From the NCBI GenBank assembly GCA_964187785.1, contig OZ076409.1, positions 33,916,001 to 33,980,000 of the forward strand: a stretch of 64,000 nt of DNA, given 5' to 3'. This DNA comes from Amphiscolops sp. MND2022. Lineage: Eukaryota. This document shows positions 12,249 to 24,044 of this stretch, piece after piece. The translations under genes were made by a program, and so were the position numbers. Under the pieces are notes generated by a model, which ran no database searches, was not told the DNA's origin, and saw only the letters and a program-made list of their open reading frames with translations. The number at the start of each line of letters is the position of its first letter. Within the stretch, counting starts at the first letter, position 1.

Positions 12249-15200
12249 ATGCAGACGCTGCCGGGCGTATCTGTGTCTCTGGTGACGGAAGTGGCCGGTT
12301 ACCGTCGCACGCTAACCTGCCAAAACAATGCGTGGGATAGCCACGATTTGACGCATCAGTTCTTGGATGAACGCTCTACCACGGTGCTCGGGCCTAGCCA
12401 GGGCACGAGATTCGAACAAGAAGCTTCTCTGTGCCTGCCAGCGTTGCAACGATGCCACCTCCTCAGATGGTCGCATTGCCCCCACCAGCACCAAAACCAG
12501 TACCAGTGACGTCAACTTATTCCGGTTCACCTGCCTTTGGGACCTCATATCGAGCGCCACATATGGTACTGCAAACCACTACTAGTGCACCAGTCTCTGA
12601 TCGGGAGCCCTCGGGGTCCCGGTTACCACCCATACCTAACCCAGAGCTGACCGGAAGAAGTACCAGCGAACAGGCCGTAATTGTGGCCTTGTAAGCAGTG
12701 GCCAACTATCCGAACTCCTCCGATTTTGTTCGTGCCGTAGAGCAGAGAATCCCTGGACTAGCCACTTATCTGCAAGCTGCTGTCCAGCCCTCGGGCTGTG
12801 ACCCTCCTGACCCCTTAGTGGAGACGGCATCTATGGATGTGGAAATTGCTGCCGGACCAAGCAACAGCACAAGCGCTGCTACTGGCACACGAGAAGAAGC
12901 CGGGAGAAAGCGACTAACTGAAGAAACTGCCTCAGTCACCCCAGCTAGCTCAGTAACCGAGAGCCCGACTAGTCGTCCCCCTCCCGATAAGCGCGCTGAT
13001 GTACCTCGACCCCAGCTGAAAAGTGTAGTCATCCCAAGGCCTCCGTACCGGGTGGGTAATCTAGGCCGAGGCGCGCCTCAAATGTCTTTAGCGGACGCGA
13101 TCGAGCAGTATGGAGATCCGGATGCAGGATCGGAAGTGAGCTCTGTGCCCTCGGGCACGAATCCAATAGATATGTCCCTGGAGATACCTGAGACGGTGGA
13201 GGAGGCCCGTCCTCCAGCCTTCCTCCCTCCATCTGATGACGTATCCGGTTCAGTAGTCACCAATGATAGCAAACGCATTTGGATGGCGGCTGAGCATCTC
13301 TACCCCAGTCAATGCGCTATAAAGAAAAGGGCCCTTCCAACTGAAACGGAGCAAAAGGAGATTAACCGAACCACGATACCAGCGCAGGTCACACGTTCGC
13401 TGCGCCCCCGGGACGCGGATATGTCGGAGCAGGCCTGGGAACAGCGTGCTCGAGAGCAGCTGCCTACGACAACTAACGATTACATGGCACCCCTGCAACA
13501 CGACATCACCGAGCAATTCCCCGCACGGTATGTGTTGCGCGAAGGTGAGACATGGGAAGCGAACGCCCGCTACGCCCGCAACTTAAGATCTCTGAAACCA
13601 CTATTGAAAGCAGCTCTGCAGCGCGCGCTACTGCATGGCGGTTGATTCTACCTGCCGGAGTGACCTGCCTATCGACAACTTGATGCCTGACGTGCTGGTG
13701 CTGACTATGCCCCTGTCTCGCTTCGCTGAGATCGCTGAAATGGTTGGAGCCATATACGATCCAAACTTAAGAGGATCACAGAAGGAACCACCCCCACAGC
13801 GTGTGATCTTTGCCAATCTTCTGGATCACATGGCATGCGAAGGGTTGCTGCGTGACCTGGACGCTATAATGTCCGATGTCCGACGACCTGGAGAAATTGC
13901 AGCCCTGGTAAATGAGGTGGTCGGTGCAATGGAACGTGCCGCAGGGATCCTTCGGGGTCGCCTGGGAGCGCTCGCGCTCTTTATATCCCCACCGGGATTT
14001 ATGTACTGGCCACGAAGTCTGCAGCAGTTTGTTTACATTCTGCTGGAGGTATGCAAGGCGCGCAGAGTCGAATTTGCCATCTGTGCACCAAACTTGCGTG
14101 TGGACCGAGAGGACCTGCGCCCAGATACCTTATCGTATCCAGCCTTCTTTGCCGCCGTATCTAGAGCACTCGTGGCTATGGAACGCTCAGGAAACGCCCA
14201 GCTAACCATTGACGACGCGATCCTCTATGATCATGGGATGCGGATGGGCAGAATGGCCTTTGACCTTGACGGCAACCGCATCGCCCGAGAGTCAAATGTG
14301 ACCGAACGAGAGGCTGTTCGTCGGTACAACTGGCTAGTGCGAAAGGACAGAGAAATCCCAGTGCGTGCAGAGTTAGCCGAACTGACAAAACAAATCGATG
14401 CATGGCCTGCAGCGCGCACCGTAGAGATAACAATCCCTCAGATCCACTTCGCCTCAGGAATCGAGCCCGTGAAGCTGCCTGTAGGACTGCGATGCATCGT
14501 GGCAATGGAAGCAACAAATCTGAAGGCAGAGGTCGACGCCGCAGCTACCACCTACGCCTATTGGTACCAGACTAGGTTTGCCACCATGACTCTAGCAGAA
14601 GTAGCTCGAGAGCTTAAATTGTCCATTGGAAGCCTTCTGTACCAGTCTTGGTCTGGGATGGAACCTTGAAGTGCTAACTTCGGAGTTTTCGTTGACCCCT
14701 ACGCAAACGGACAAGCTACTAGAAACAATTGGAGAGGCAACTGTTGGAGAAGTACTAGCGCTCGCGCTAGCGATGGGTCCAACGAAGTTTGTAGCCGGAC
14801 CACTAGCCCTATTTATCGACATCGTGATTGCCTGCGACCTCGCCGTGTTCTACAGCTACTTGGTCCTGGCACAAGGACAACTACGCAGCCTGAACCGCTG
14901 GGGACATTTATTGACCTCCAAGGACCAACAAGATTATTCCGCCCAACTGGAGCGCATGCGTGCGTCGATCCAGCACTGGCTATACTCCACCCTGGTGTTC
15001 GCCTCCGGTCTATTCGTAGGCGTGGACCAATCCCAACCACTACACAACTCAGACCAGCAAATCCCACGGGAAACGGCAGGATTCCCCTTGCCGCGGCAAA
15101 TTGCTGATCTTACCCTGGCTGAGGTAGAGGATTTTGTGGCAGCCATGGCTCCTGTCTTGGCCCCCATCTTCGGCGCGGTGGGCGTATGCCGATACCCTAC

Positions 15201-16360
15201 GAAACCGTTAGCAACAGCAGTCCAAGTGCACATGGTCTCCTTTAGCACCTATCAGCGAGGCCGTCCCTCACTGGCATATCCAAGGGTAATACATGCCGTG
15301 CTGAGTGGTGAAGTACCGCATGGGTACACGACCGTGAAATCCGAAAGAGAGTTGGAGGAGAACCTGATGGGTTTGTTGCGCGCGCACCAGGAAAGCATGT
15401 CCTCTGCCGCGAGAGCATGGGACTGTGAACTGGTACTCCGCACCTCTCAGTTTGGAAGGAGTCCCCTTTAGATTCCCCTGGAGTCAAGAGTTCATAAGAA
15501 AGGCGATTCGCGCCAGCACTAGTGCTGGTCCACCTGTGGACCCTTTATACTGCTTTAAATGCATCGCTTTCCCAAACCGCTATTGAAAGGAGCCGTTGGG
15601 TTGGCCAAGGGCGAAACCCGTTGGACGCGCCCCGGAGGTCTTCAACCGTCAAATCCAGCACTTGGAATCAGCCCAGATCCCAGGATGGATTGAAAGCGCT
15701 GCTCAAATCAGGCAAAGGAATCTCCAATCTCGCGTTACCCCATTCCCCAGGAAGTCGGTGTGGAAGCCTACGGGAAAGATGACTATGTCTGGAGATATGT
15801 CCATCGTCCAGCATGATGAGATAAATTCCGTGTTGGGCTCGACAGAACGAGCAAGATGGGAAGAGTACTGTCTGGAGTTGGAGATTGCAAGCTTCCCTAA
15901 GTGGAAGAGAGCTTGCGAGCTCTGGAGCCAACCTGGATGGATCTCACGCCGAGTCGCACTAGCGGTAGAAGGTAGAGCAGAAATAGCGAGACAACAGGCG
16001 TTCGCGCCTACCATGCTCGCACCAACGATGGCGATGTCTTTGGATCGGCCCATCTCTCAACCGATCACCATTAACCTTCCAACCAACAACTTGGAGCCAG
16101 AACCAGTTGGCCCGTCTTCGTCGCGAACCAGCCCTCACTCCTTGCAGCAGCAGTCCGGAGAGCACACTGCCGAGTTGACTCCCAATGCAGCACTAGTGCA
16201 GCCTATTGCCGAGTTGTCGCTCCCCGAAAGTCCGTCAGACTCTGAAACAGTTGCCACAGAAGTCTCTCCTCGACGTCGAGCGTCAGTGTCGACTGATAAC
16301 CCAGAACAGAACTCAGATGATGCCACTAAAGAGCGGACCCGACGCATTTCGGCTCAATAA
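12249..16360 (+). pseudogene. Additional long ORF (~1370 codons reconstructed): Pro/Ser-rich N-terminus, SGNH/GDSL-like domain, helical region of unknown function
   Basis: Chain of abutting sense ORFs (12198..12509, 12431..12694, 12698..13645, 13635..14669, 14626..15471, 15596..16360) linked by single frameshifts or stops. GC content is similar to pol and the flanks are AT-rich spacers. Confidence 0.8.
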
Positions 16361-17100
16361 ACCCAGCCGCTAATGGGAGCGTTCGCGCTCCCTATACCCT
16401 TGCAGACTGCCAACAAACAGTGCCTTAAAACTTCTCATCCAGAACGGTGCTACAGTACAAAGTGCAATTTTTGTTCTTAGTTATGGTTATATAATTAGTG
16501 TACCTTTACTGTTGCACTGGGTGTATGGCCAATAGAGTACGCCTGCCCCAGTGGCTTGAATTACCAAGCAGAAAGAAGAAAAACTATTAATCAGAAAAAC
16601 TGCTATTTTTGTTGCGCACCGTTCGCGGTGTTTTTGAGTTGTCACAATCAAAAGAAGTTTTATCCCTCTTGATTGCATTTTTCTTTCTAGTCTAGTGTTC
16701 TTCATCAATTTGGTTGTTCACCGTAAGAGCCCGCAAGCTCTGAAAAAAGTTTTTAATCGCCAGAATAGAATTGAAGACTACAAGTGTCAAATGGTAAGAA
16801 AAAGAAATTTTAGCCGACTTGGTCGCAAAAAAATTTTTACGTAAATTGTCTGCCCAAACGAGTTTTAACTGGCTGAAAACTTTAGCTCTCGACCTGGTGC
16901 TAAAACCTCGTTCGTGTTTTGTACAAATAGCTAGGCAGTAAGTCTTTTTTTCTCAAAAAAAAACAGCAAAAACTGACCGAAATTGTTGCCGAAAAACAAG
17001 GACTCGTCCTTGTTCCCCGATGTGTGGATGATGGTTCCCAGCAGTCACCGTGATGCAGTTTCCAGACGAGCCAGACGCCGCTTGCCAGGGACGACAAGCC

Positions 17101-17117
17101 AGGAGACTGGGGAGTGA
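17101..17117 (+). promoter_or_regulatory. Polypurine tract
   Basis: AGGAGACTGGGGAGTGA lies immediately before the TGTAAC start of the 3' LTR. Confidence 0.8.
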
Positions 17118-17845
17118 TGTAACGGCAAGCTCTGGTACAGCAATATCAACCGACGTGTTTAGAAAATTTTGTCAAAAATTCGTTCAAATTTGACGTGGCA
17201 CTCAAACATGCTCAAGACGAAGTACCTGCCAGAAAAAGCACCCCAGAAAAGCAGAAATCGCCGCTCGCGACGAACAAGCACCGGAGACGACTAAAAGACG
17301 TCCCCAACGCATACAGGACACGGTATTGTGTCCATCTCTAGGAGATATCCATTACTACAGTAAAGGAAACCGGTGTTCCAGATGTTCGCCTGAGTATCCC
17401 TGCGGTATCCTGTGTGGCAACTAGCGCTAGCGCTGGGAAGCTGAGGTCAATTTTCATCAAATGACTCTGAACTCTTGATCTCTTGTTGTATTTTTGATGT
17501 GGTAAATCAATATGCTCGAGAGCTGTTGTTTAACATCTGTTTATCCAATTTGGCGATTTTATCAGATTCTCCAATATTACGGTTCAACCGTCATCAATTT
17601 TCAGCCCGATTTTTAAAGGCTAGTCGAGCAGTGGTCTTGAGTCTTGCAAGATGCCTGTTACTTTTAGCAGTTACAGACTAGGACCAGGCCAGAGAGTATC
17701 CTACAAGACGGTTCCCCCACCTTGGGACTGGCTCCTTCGGAGGGAAAATGAGCTAGAGCCGCGGAGATCTGGGTCCCAGATTATATTCGCTGTTCTGGTT
17801 CCTCCACTCTACGTTGCGGTTCAAGCGCCAGCGCTTATCGTTACA
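17118..17845 (+). repeat. 3' LTR (728 bp)
   Basis: 7-bp terminal inverted repeat TGTAACG...CGTTACA. Its last 155 nt match the window start. Confidence 0.95.
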
Positions 17846-19324
17846 TGGCGTTTTATTTCAACAACGCGCCGACTAAAAACGGCGATCTGGGAATGTGTAT
17901 TCCAAATCATTACAGAGCTGGAAACTGCATTATTGGCAAAACGACAGAAAACATAATGTTGCACAAAACTATCCAACGAAAAAAAAACATTTTAGCGATT
18001 CTTCGTTTTTGGTTCCATGAAAAAAAAAGTTTTAGCCCGGCTCTCATTATAAATTTTGGTACAAAAGTTTTTTTTTCCTACAGGAAAATGAAAAATACTC
18101 GTTTGTAATAAAAAATGAAAAAAGTTGGCGAAGAAAATACAGTACGATGTTCCACGTGGACGCCATGTCCGATTTTTATTAGATCTTGCCATGAAAAAAT
18201 TGATGTTCGCATTTACACAGTGTCGTGGGTTCTGAGTAATGAGATCTGATTTTAATTTGCCAGCAAGGAACGAGGACTACGATGTGTCTTTGAAAACTCG
18301 AAGCAATTGCTCAGAGACTATCTATATAGAATAAAAAGAAAATCAGGTATGTTTGTTTATTGCTGTTAAATGATAGATGTTAAAGCAGTGAGCATTCTAG
18401 GTGACCACATTTCAGCTTTTTCTTTATCAAGTTTTGTCATAATCTTATACGTTATATTATCTTATAATTTATGAGCGAATAGTCAGCCTTTCTCTTGCTT
18501 AGCGAGGGTATGCATTAATAAACCAGCGAGGGTAAGAAGCGATCAAATGGGTCCTTTTGGCGGAAAGGGCAGGCGTGCATACGGCAAAGAAGCTCCCGGG
18601 TCCACGTCGTACGGCGTCACCTCATACCAATCACCACTCGTTTCAAAAGTTAACCGACTTTCTCAAGTGTCATTGGAAGTTTTACGTTAAATCCTATTAA
18701 CCATTATATTCAAGTATTCTAGAGAGTGCAGTTGGTGTAAATCTAGAGAAAGATCGGGCATTGGCTAGATTAAAATTTTCAACATATTTCATGATATTAC
18801 GAAAGCTTTGAAATTCTTCAAACTTTTCCGGGAAGCCAACTTCAAAACTTTTTTCATAACAGGTAACCAATTGTTCTCTAATCTGCTAAAAGCAAGCTCG
18901 AACTTGTAGTTAAAAAGTTTACGCAAAAGGTATTAAACGATGGCGAGTTTCTTTGTCAATTGTCAGGAAAAAATCACAGCTTAGGTGGAACTTCTTTCGG
19001 CGTATCCTTCATCGGGTATGTTGCTTGGTGGTGAGTTTAGAATGAAAAATTTGAATTGATAATTCGAATTGTTATTCAACTGTATTTTGAATTTAGCTCT
19101 GCCCCAACCCCAACGTTAGGCAAAACTTTTTTGAGTAGTCTTAAAGGTCCATACATTAAGGTTGTCTAATTTACAACGAAATGCTTTACGTGCATTTTAG
19201 TATTATAGCTCTACATCATACAATGTAAAAATGTTAACTTGTTTATGTATACAATTTGTTTGTTTATTTTAGTTTTCTGGCATATTTTCTTTCACAGTTG
19301 GCAAATCCATGCGTGAGAGCTGGG

Positions 19325-21710
19325 TTACCATAATGTTGTGGCAATTGAACTGAATTTTGGCTTGTTCGTCTGTCTTCCTCCTTGCCTCGCCATTGATTGC
19401 TCTTCTTCTTTGTTCATTTTGCTCGCCTTTCCTTCGGTTGTAACTTCTGGTTCTGGGTTGTGACCTTGTTCTGTTTGGGTTTCTTCTTCTTCTGAGTCCG
19501 ATTGCGGTAAACGATCTGTATGGTTGTTGTCTGTTTCTTCTCGTTTGTCATTTGTTTTTTCATGAACGCTAGGAGGCGGCGTTGTCTCTACGCTAGTTTG
19601 AGGCAATTCACTCTCGCTTATCAGTTCAGGTTCGCTTGCTCGGTTGTTGCGATTTGACTATTTACATTAGTTTGCAATTTTGAGCGCCACGGTCTGTTTT
19701 TCACATTCCACCCTGTATCTCGCTTGGAAATAATTGCCGATTCTGTTCTGCTTGTGGATAAAAGCATTATGGTGTGGTTGTTGTTTTCCAGTAACACCCC
19801 TTTTCTCTTCTTATAGGGTCCTTCGTTCGCGTTTCGACCCTCTGGTGCGTTTTCTTAAAAATATTGATGGATCTTATCCCGATTGGAAAACATCTGCATG
19901 AAGCTCGAATTCCGGCGTTTCTGAAAAGAAATGATCTCTGTTAGTTTTTGTTCTCTTATCAGTGTTCGGTTCTTGTCCTGTATATTGTTGGTATGGTGAT
20001 TTCCGTGTAGCCGACGGATTCATTCTTAGCGCTAAGAGGATTTCTGATAGCCTCGATTTGTCCTTACGAATTACCATTTCTTTGTTGGTTCTCAGTCGTT
20101 CGTTCATTGTTCGGATTAGCTTTTCCATATTATCCTTGCCCCCATGATCTCCTATTGTTTGCTAAATCTTTCTTTACGGAGTTCCTTAAACTTGTTACTC
20201 CTGGGTGTTGTTGCAGGATCTGTTCGCATGCTTTTTGGAATACCATGTCTTGTGATTTTTGGGATACCATGTTTTGTAGTTTTTCAGGAATTTTACCACC
20301 TTTTCCGTTTTCCGTTTTTGCATAATTTTTGCTTCCTGTCACCATGTTTAGTGCTCGATAGAAACTAGTTGATATCTATTAGCCCCTATTGTATTAAGGA
20401 TCGGTCCAGCAAAATCGATAGCAACTTCCTGATTTATCTTGTTAAATCTTAGAAGCTGAGCTATCTGTTTTGTCTTAGCATTGACGCAAACTTCTCACCG
20501 GCGGTTTGGCATTGTTGATATGTTTGAGCTATTCCCACGACTTCTCGGTGTAGTAGGGACCACCACATCATTGCGACTGTCGCCAGCATGCTATCGCGTC
20601 CTGGTTGTGAATTTTGCATATTTCGTAGTACAATGGGCGTAAAACTTTTGGTATTACGTGGCGCTCCTCCAAATACAAAAAATCATTGGAGTACAGGCTC
20701 AAATGTCTGAAATTATCCCTCCATGCAACTGGAAATCTATTGATTTTTGTGGAACCCGGCTTCTCAATAACTGAACTATTTTTGGAAGAATCCATCCGCT
20801 TAAATTCAAAGTGCGCCGCGAATGTACAGTTCCCGAGATTCTGAAGTATTTCAACTTGATTTATGGAGTAGCATACAAAAGTTTCCAATTGCAGCTTGTC
20901 CGCAACTTCAATTGTGCTAGTTTCATGCAAATCGCTGTATTCGGAGTTGTCATCCAAGACTTCGTTGCTACTTCAGTCGTCGATTTTAAAAAAATGTGCT
21001 CTTTAATGTTTGCACTTCTCCCTTGTTCAGCATGTTCAATGTCCTGTTGTACAGAATAGTTATTAATAAGATTTGTTTACTCACTGTTTCCGTTCGTTTC
21101 GCCTACTCTCAAATGTATTTGCTTCAACCATTCGCGCCAAATCAAAGATTTTATCCAACTCTCATGATGACGATTCGCGCATTCTTGATGTTCTTCCCAA
21201 CTTTCACGTCAACCGTGGTGAATCCAAGCATGTTGAGTGACTGGTTGTTATAGTCTGCGCTGTGTTTGTTCTTTGGCATTGGACTTGCAAAGATGACGTC
21301 TACGTTCGACAATTCGCTCCGATTCGATTGAGTGAATATGGTAACGGAGAACCCCAGTCAGTCTATAATGAGAATGGTTGACTGTTTCTTTTTTTCAATT
21401 GTCACCTCATAACGAAATGATTATAGCTCCCAAGGAAGAGCAACACCATGTTGACCTCGTCCAGCTTGTTATTTTCTGCTGATTGGTCATCGTCTAAATC
21501 AAATCAGAGCATTCCGGCTCTACCCTGGATAATGCCACTTTTCGGTGTTTTGTTCAATTCCATTTGTAGCGCAATTCTGTTGTACTAGCTTGTTGTTCAT
21601 GTTTTGTGAAAATGTTTCCATGATTAGACTATCAGTTGCGAACGCGACAGCGGAGACGTCTCCTTAGAAAATGGCAACTCCACGCTGGATAAAAAATGTC
21701 CCAGCGCCAT
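19325..21710 (-). mobile_element. Degraded, internally deleted Gypsy-like retroelement (integrase remnants)
   Basis: Minus-strand fragments FLYLEERHVIPKVLRP (start of the integrase Zn finger) and EKLIRTMNERLRT...LLALRMNPSATRKSPY...TGQEPNT (integrase core end). Possible LTR-end/PBS junction CAACA|TGGCGCTGG at ~21710. Confidence 0.7.
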
Positions 21711-22199
21711 GTTGAAAGTAAAACATTTGTGTCAATTTTCTTTATATAAGAACATATAGTAAACTCTAATGTTTTTTTTCGTGTGAGCTCGGTCGTTGTG
21801 AATCAACAACTTGTATCTTTCTAATTGAGTTGATTAAACGGCATTGCTAGAAATCGGTCGAAGTATTCAAAGTAGGCCAGGACCTTTGTATATATATATT
21901 TATACACAAAAGTCCACAAAGGTTCGACCGAGACAGATCGCCTAAAACAGATTGTGAAGATTGGCGAGACCATTAAATCGCTGTGAATGAAATACGTCTA
22001 TTAAATACGGAGTAACGGATCGATATATTAATCACCACAATAAGTGGAATTCATGAATGTTTTAGTCGGTTTCGCTGTCTTAACTCATAATCATCAGAAT
22101 TTCTTCGAATGCATGCTTAACATGCAAAACCAATGTTCAACTGAACAACATGATTCAAAAAACATGTTCAATCTTGGATGCCAAAGGAGATGCGCAAGC

Positions 22200-22520
22200 A
22201 AAACTGAATATTGAAATAGAATCTGAAAAATCTAAGATTGATATCAAAAATGTGAAAAGCCAAACGTCAAAAATCAAACATTGTGAGTTGAACATCAAAA
22301 GTTGAAGATCACAAATCACAAATCAAATTTCAAAATGAAGTACACATGATCAATATTGGACATTGAAAATCACAAATCAAAAAATCTAAATTGAAAATCA
22401 ACATTTAGTGTCAATAATCAAACTTGAACATCAAAATCGAACATCAAAGTCGAAAATCAACCAGAATCAGCGACTGACAATCAAACTTCAAGTGTCAAAA
22501 ATCAAAATCGAAAACGCCGA
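22200..22520. repeat. Low-complexity degenerate repeat (AAATCAAA / TTGAACATCAAA motifs)
   Basis: Strongly A-skewed run of recurring short motifs. Confidence 0.6.
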
Positions 22521-22663
22521 CCTGTGGTGAAAAAAACGCTACGAGGAATTTGAACAAAAACAAAAACGGGAAGCATCAAGAGAAAGACCTTGTAAAATTC
22601 TGTAAAGCCCAAACAACATGAAAAAATCAGGCAAAAACCGCACAATATCCACTCAATAAAAAA

Positions 22664-22942
22664 AGATGGCCCGGCGATTCGCAACATGAATCGGGGTTTG
22701 CGCGAATCGATTCGCGCAAATCGATTCACCGAAAAACCTCTGTTTTCATAACGTGCGAGCGATTTGCGAATCGCCTCAAAACGGTTTGAGTCAAACCTGC
22801 AATTCGCAATTTTTAGCCCCCCCCCCCCCCGAAGCGCGATTCGCAAAAACGGGGTTCAGATTGGCAACCCCGAAACGATTCGCGAGAATGAGACGATTCG
22901 CGCGAATCTGCGAATCGATTCGCGCGAATCGGCCCATCCAAG
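22664..22942. mobile_element. MITE copy 1 (GCGATTCGC/GCGAATCGC-rich)
   Basis: Imperfect terminal inverted repeats AGATGGCCCGGCGATTCGC...GCGAATCGGCCCATCCAAG. Colinear with 23820-24044. Confidence 0.75.
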
Positions 22943-23148
22943 CCTTCAAAACATGTGTAGCATTTTGGCCCAAACGTTCTCGGCAAGCAATGTCTGCTTC
23001 ATTCGCAGGAGCCGACCCAGACAACACCTGAAACACCACTTCTGGGCCACATTTGATGGACAATCCACGAAAATTGGGGGGAACTACCAAAACTACCCCA
23101 AACAATTAAAAAAAAATGCTCAATTCAGAATTTCGAGATTTTTGGAAA

Positions 23149-23303
23149 TTGCTCGAGGTTGCTCGAGGTCGCTCGAGGTTGCTCGAGGTTGCTCGAGGTT
23201 GCTCGAGGTTTGCTCGAGGTTTGCTCGAGGTTGCTCGAGGTTGCTCGAGGTATGCTCGAGGTTTGCTCGAGGTTGCTCGAGGTTGCTCGAGGTTGCTCGG
23301 GGT
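23149..23303. repeat. Minisatellite of 10-11 bp unit GCTCGAGGTT(T), ~15 copies
   Basis: Tandem array visible directly. Confidence 0.97.
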
Positions 23304-23819
23304 CTATTTTTCGAAGATCGTTCAATTCGCATCAATTTCGAAAACTTTTGCTTCATGTTGCACAATTTCCCAGGTTTTTGCCAAAACTGAAGATTTCTGG
23401 GGGGGAAATGATCAGGTGTGACCAGTTTCAGTTTGGCTTCATGATTTTCTTGGTTTGCGTGATAGAGATTCGCGTTGGCGCAAAATTCATGGGCGAAAAC
23501 CCCGAAAACAGTGTGGGAAAACACAAATGGTAGCAAAATTCCAATGATCTATCTGTTTCATGTAGTGTATTGGGAGGATCAACTTGAAAATGTTGCTTGT
23601 TTGTTTGGAACCAGTTGTGTTGTTTAAAAGCAGAAATGAGTTCATGTAGGGCATACGACAAGATCATTGAAGATTATCAGACAAAGAAACAGCTCCAAAA
23701 TTGTTGAAACCGATCAGGGATTGTCATACATCAATGTCATGGATCATCTTCGACGTTATAAGGGCAGTAATCGTTCTCTCATGTCTTGGGGTTAAAAGCT
23801 GTGTTGATGATGTTTGAAA

Positions 23820-24044
23820 CTTAGTTGGCCTGGCGATTCGCAACGCGAATCGGGGCGATTTGCGCGAACAGATTCGCAGAAAACACTCTCTTTTCATAAC
23901 GTGCGAGCGATTCGAGCGCATCGCCTCAAACCTGCGATTCGCAAATTTCGGCCTCCGAAGCGCGATTCGCACAAAAGGGGTTCAGTTTGGGAACCCTGAA
24001 ACGATTCGCGAGAATCAAGCGATTCACGAACCGGGCCATCTAAG
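23820..24044. mobile_element. MITE copy 2 with 8-bp target-site duplication (hAT-like)
   Basis: TIRs CTTAGTTGGCC...GGCCATCTAAG. GTTTGAAA at 23812-23819 and again at 24045-24052. Confidence 0.88.

Larger units (their letters stand above)
1..17845 (+). mobile_element. Giant Ty3/Gypsy LTR retrotransposon (5' LTR truncated by window edge); coding frames interrupted by stops and frameshifts
   Basis: 1-155 matches 17691-17845 (152/155 nt). PBS follows the 5' LTR and a PPT precedes the 3' LTR. Domain order Gag-PR-RT-RH-INT is the Gypsy order. Confidence 0.97.

Noticed and set aside
15513..15528. 16-bp palindrome CCAGCACTAGTGCTGG sharing its core with 945-958
   Set aside because: Lies in coding sequence; a single short match may be chance.
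12198..16360. env gene
   Set aside because: No furin site, Cys-rich ectodomain or C-terminal TM anchor seen; both termini are Pro/Ser-rich.
1..17845. Paradox of similar LTRs but broken ORFs
   Set aside because: About 2% LTR divergence (3/155) is roughly compatible with the number of lesions seen over ~13 kb of coding sequence.
18280..18630. Possible solo LTR ending GTCACCTCA (motif also at ~21400)
   Set aside because: No matching terminus, TSD or second copy could be defined in the window.
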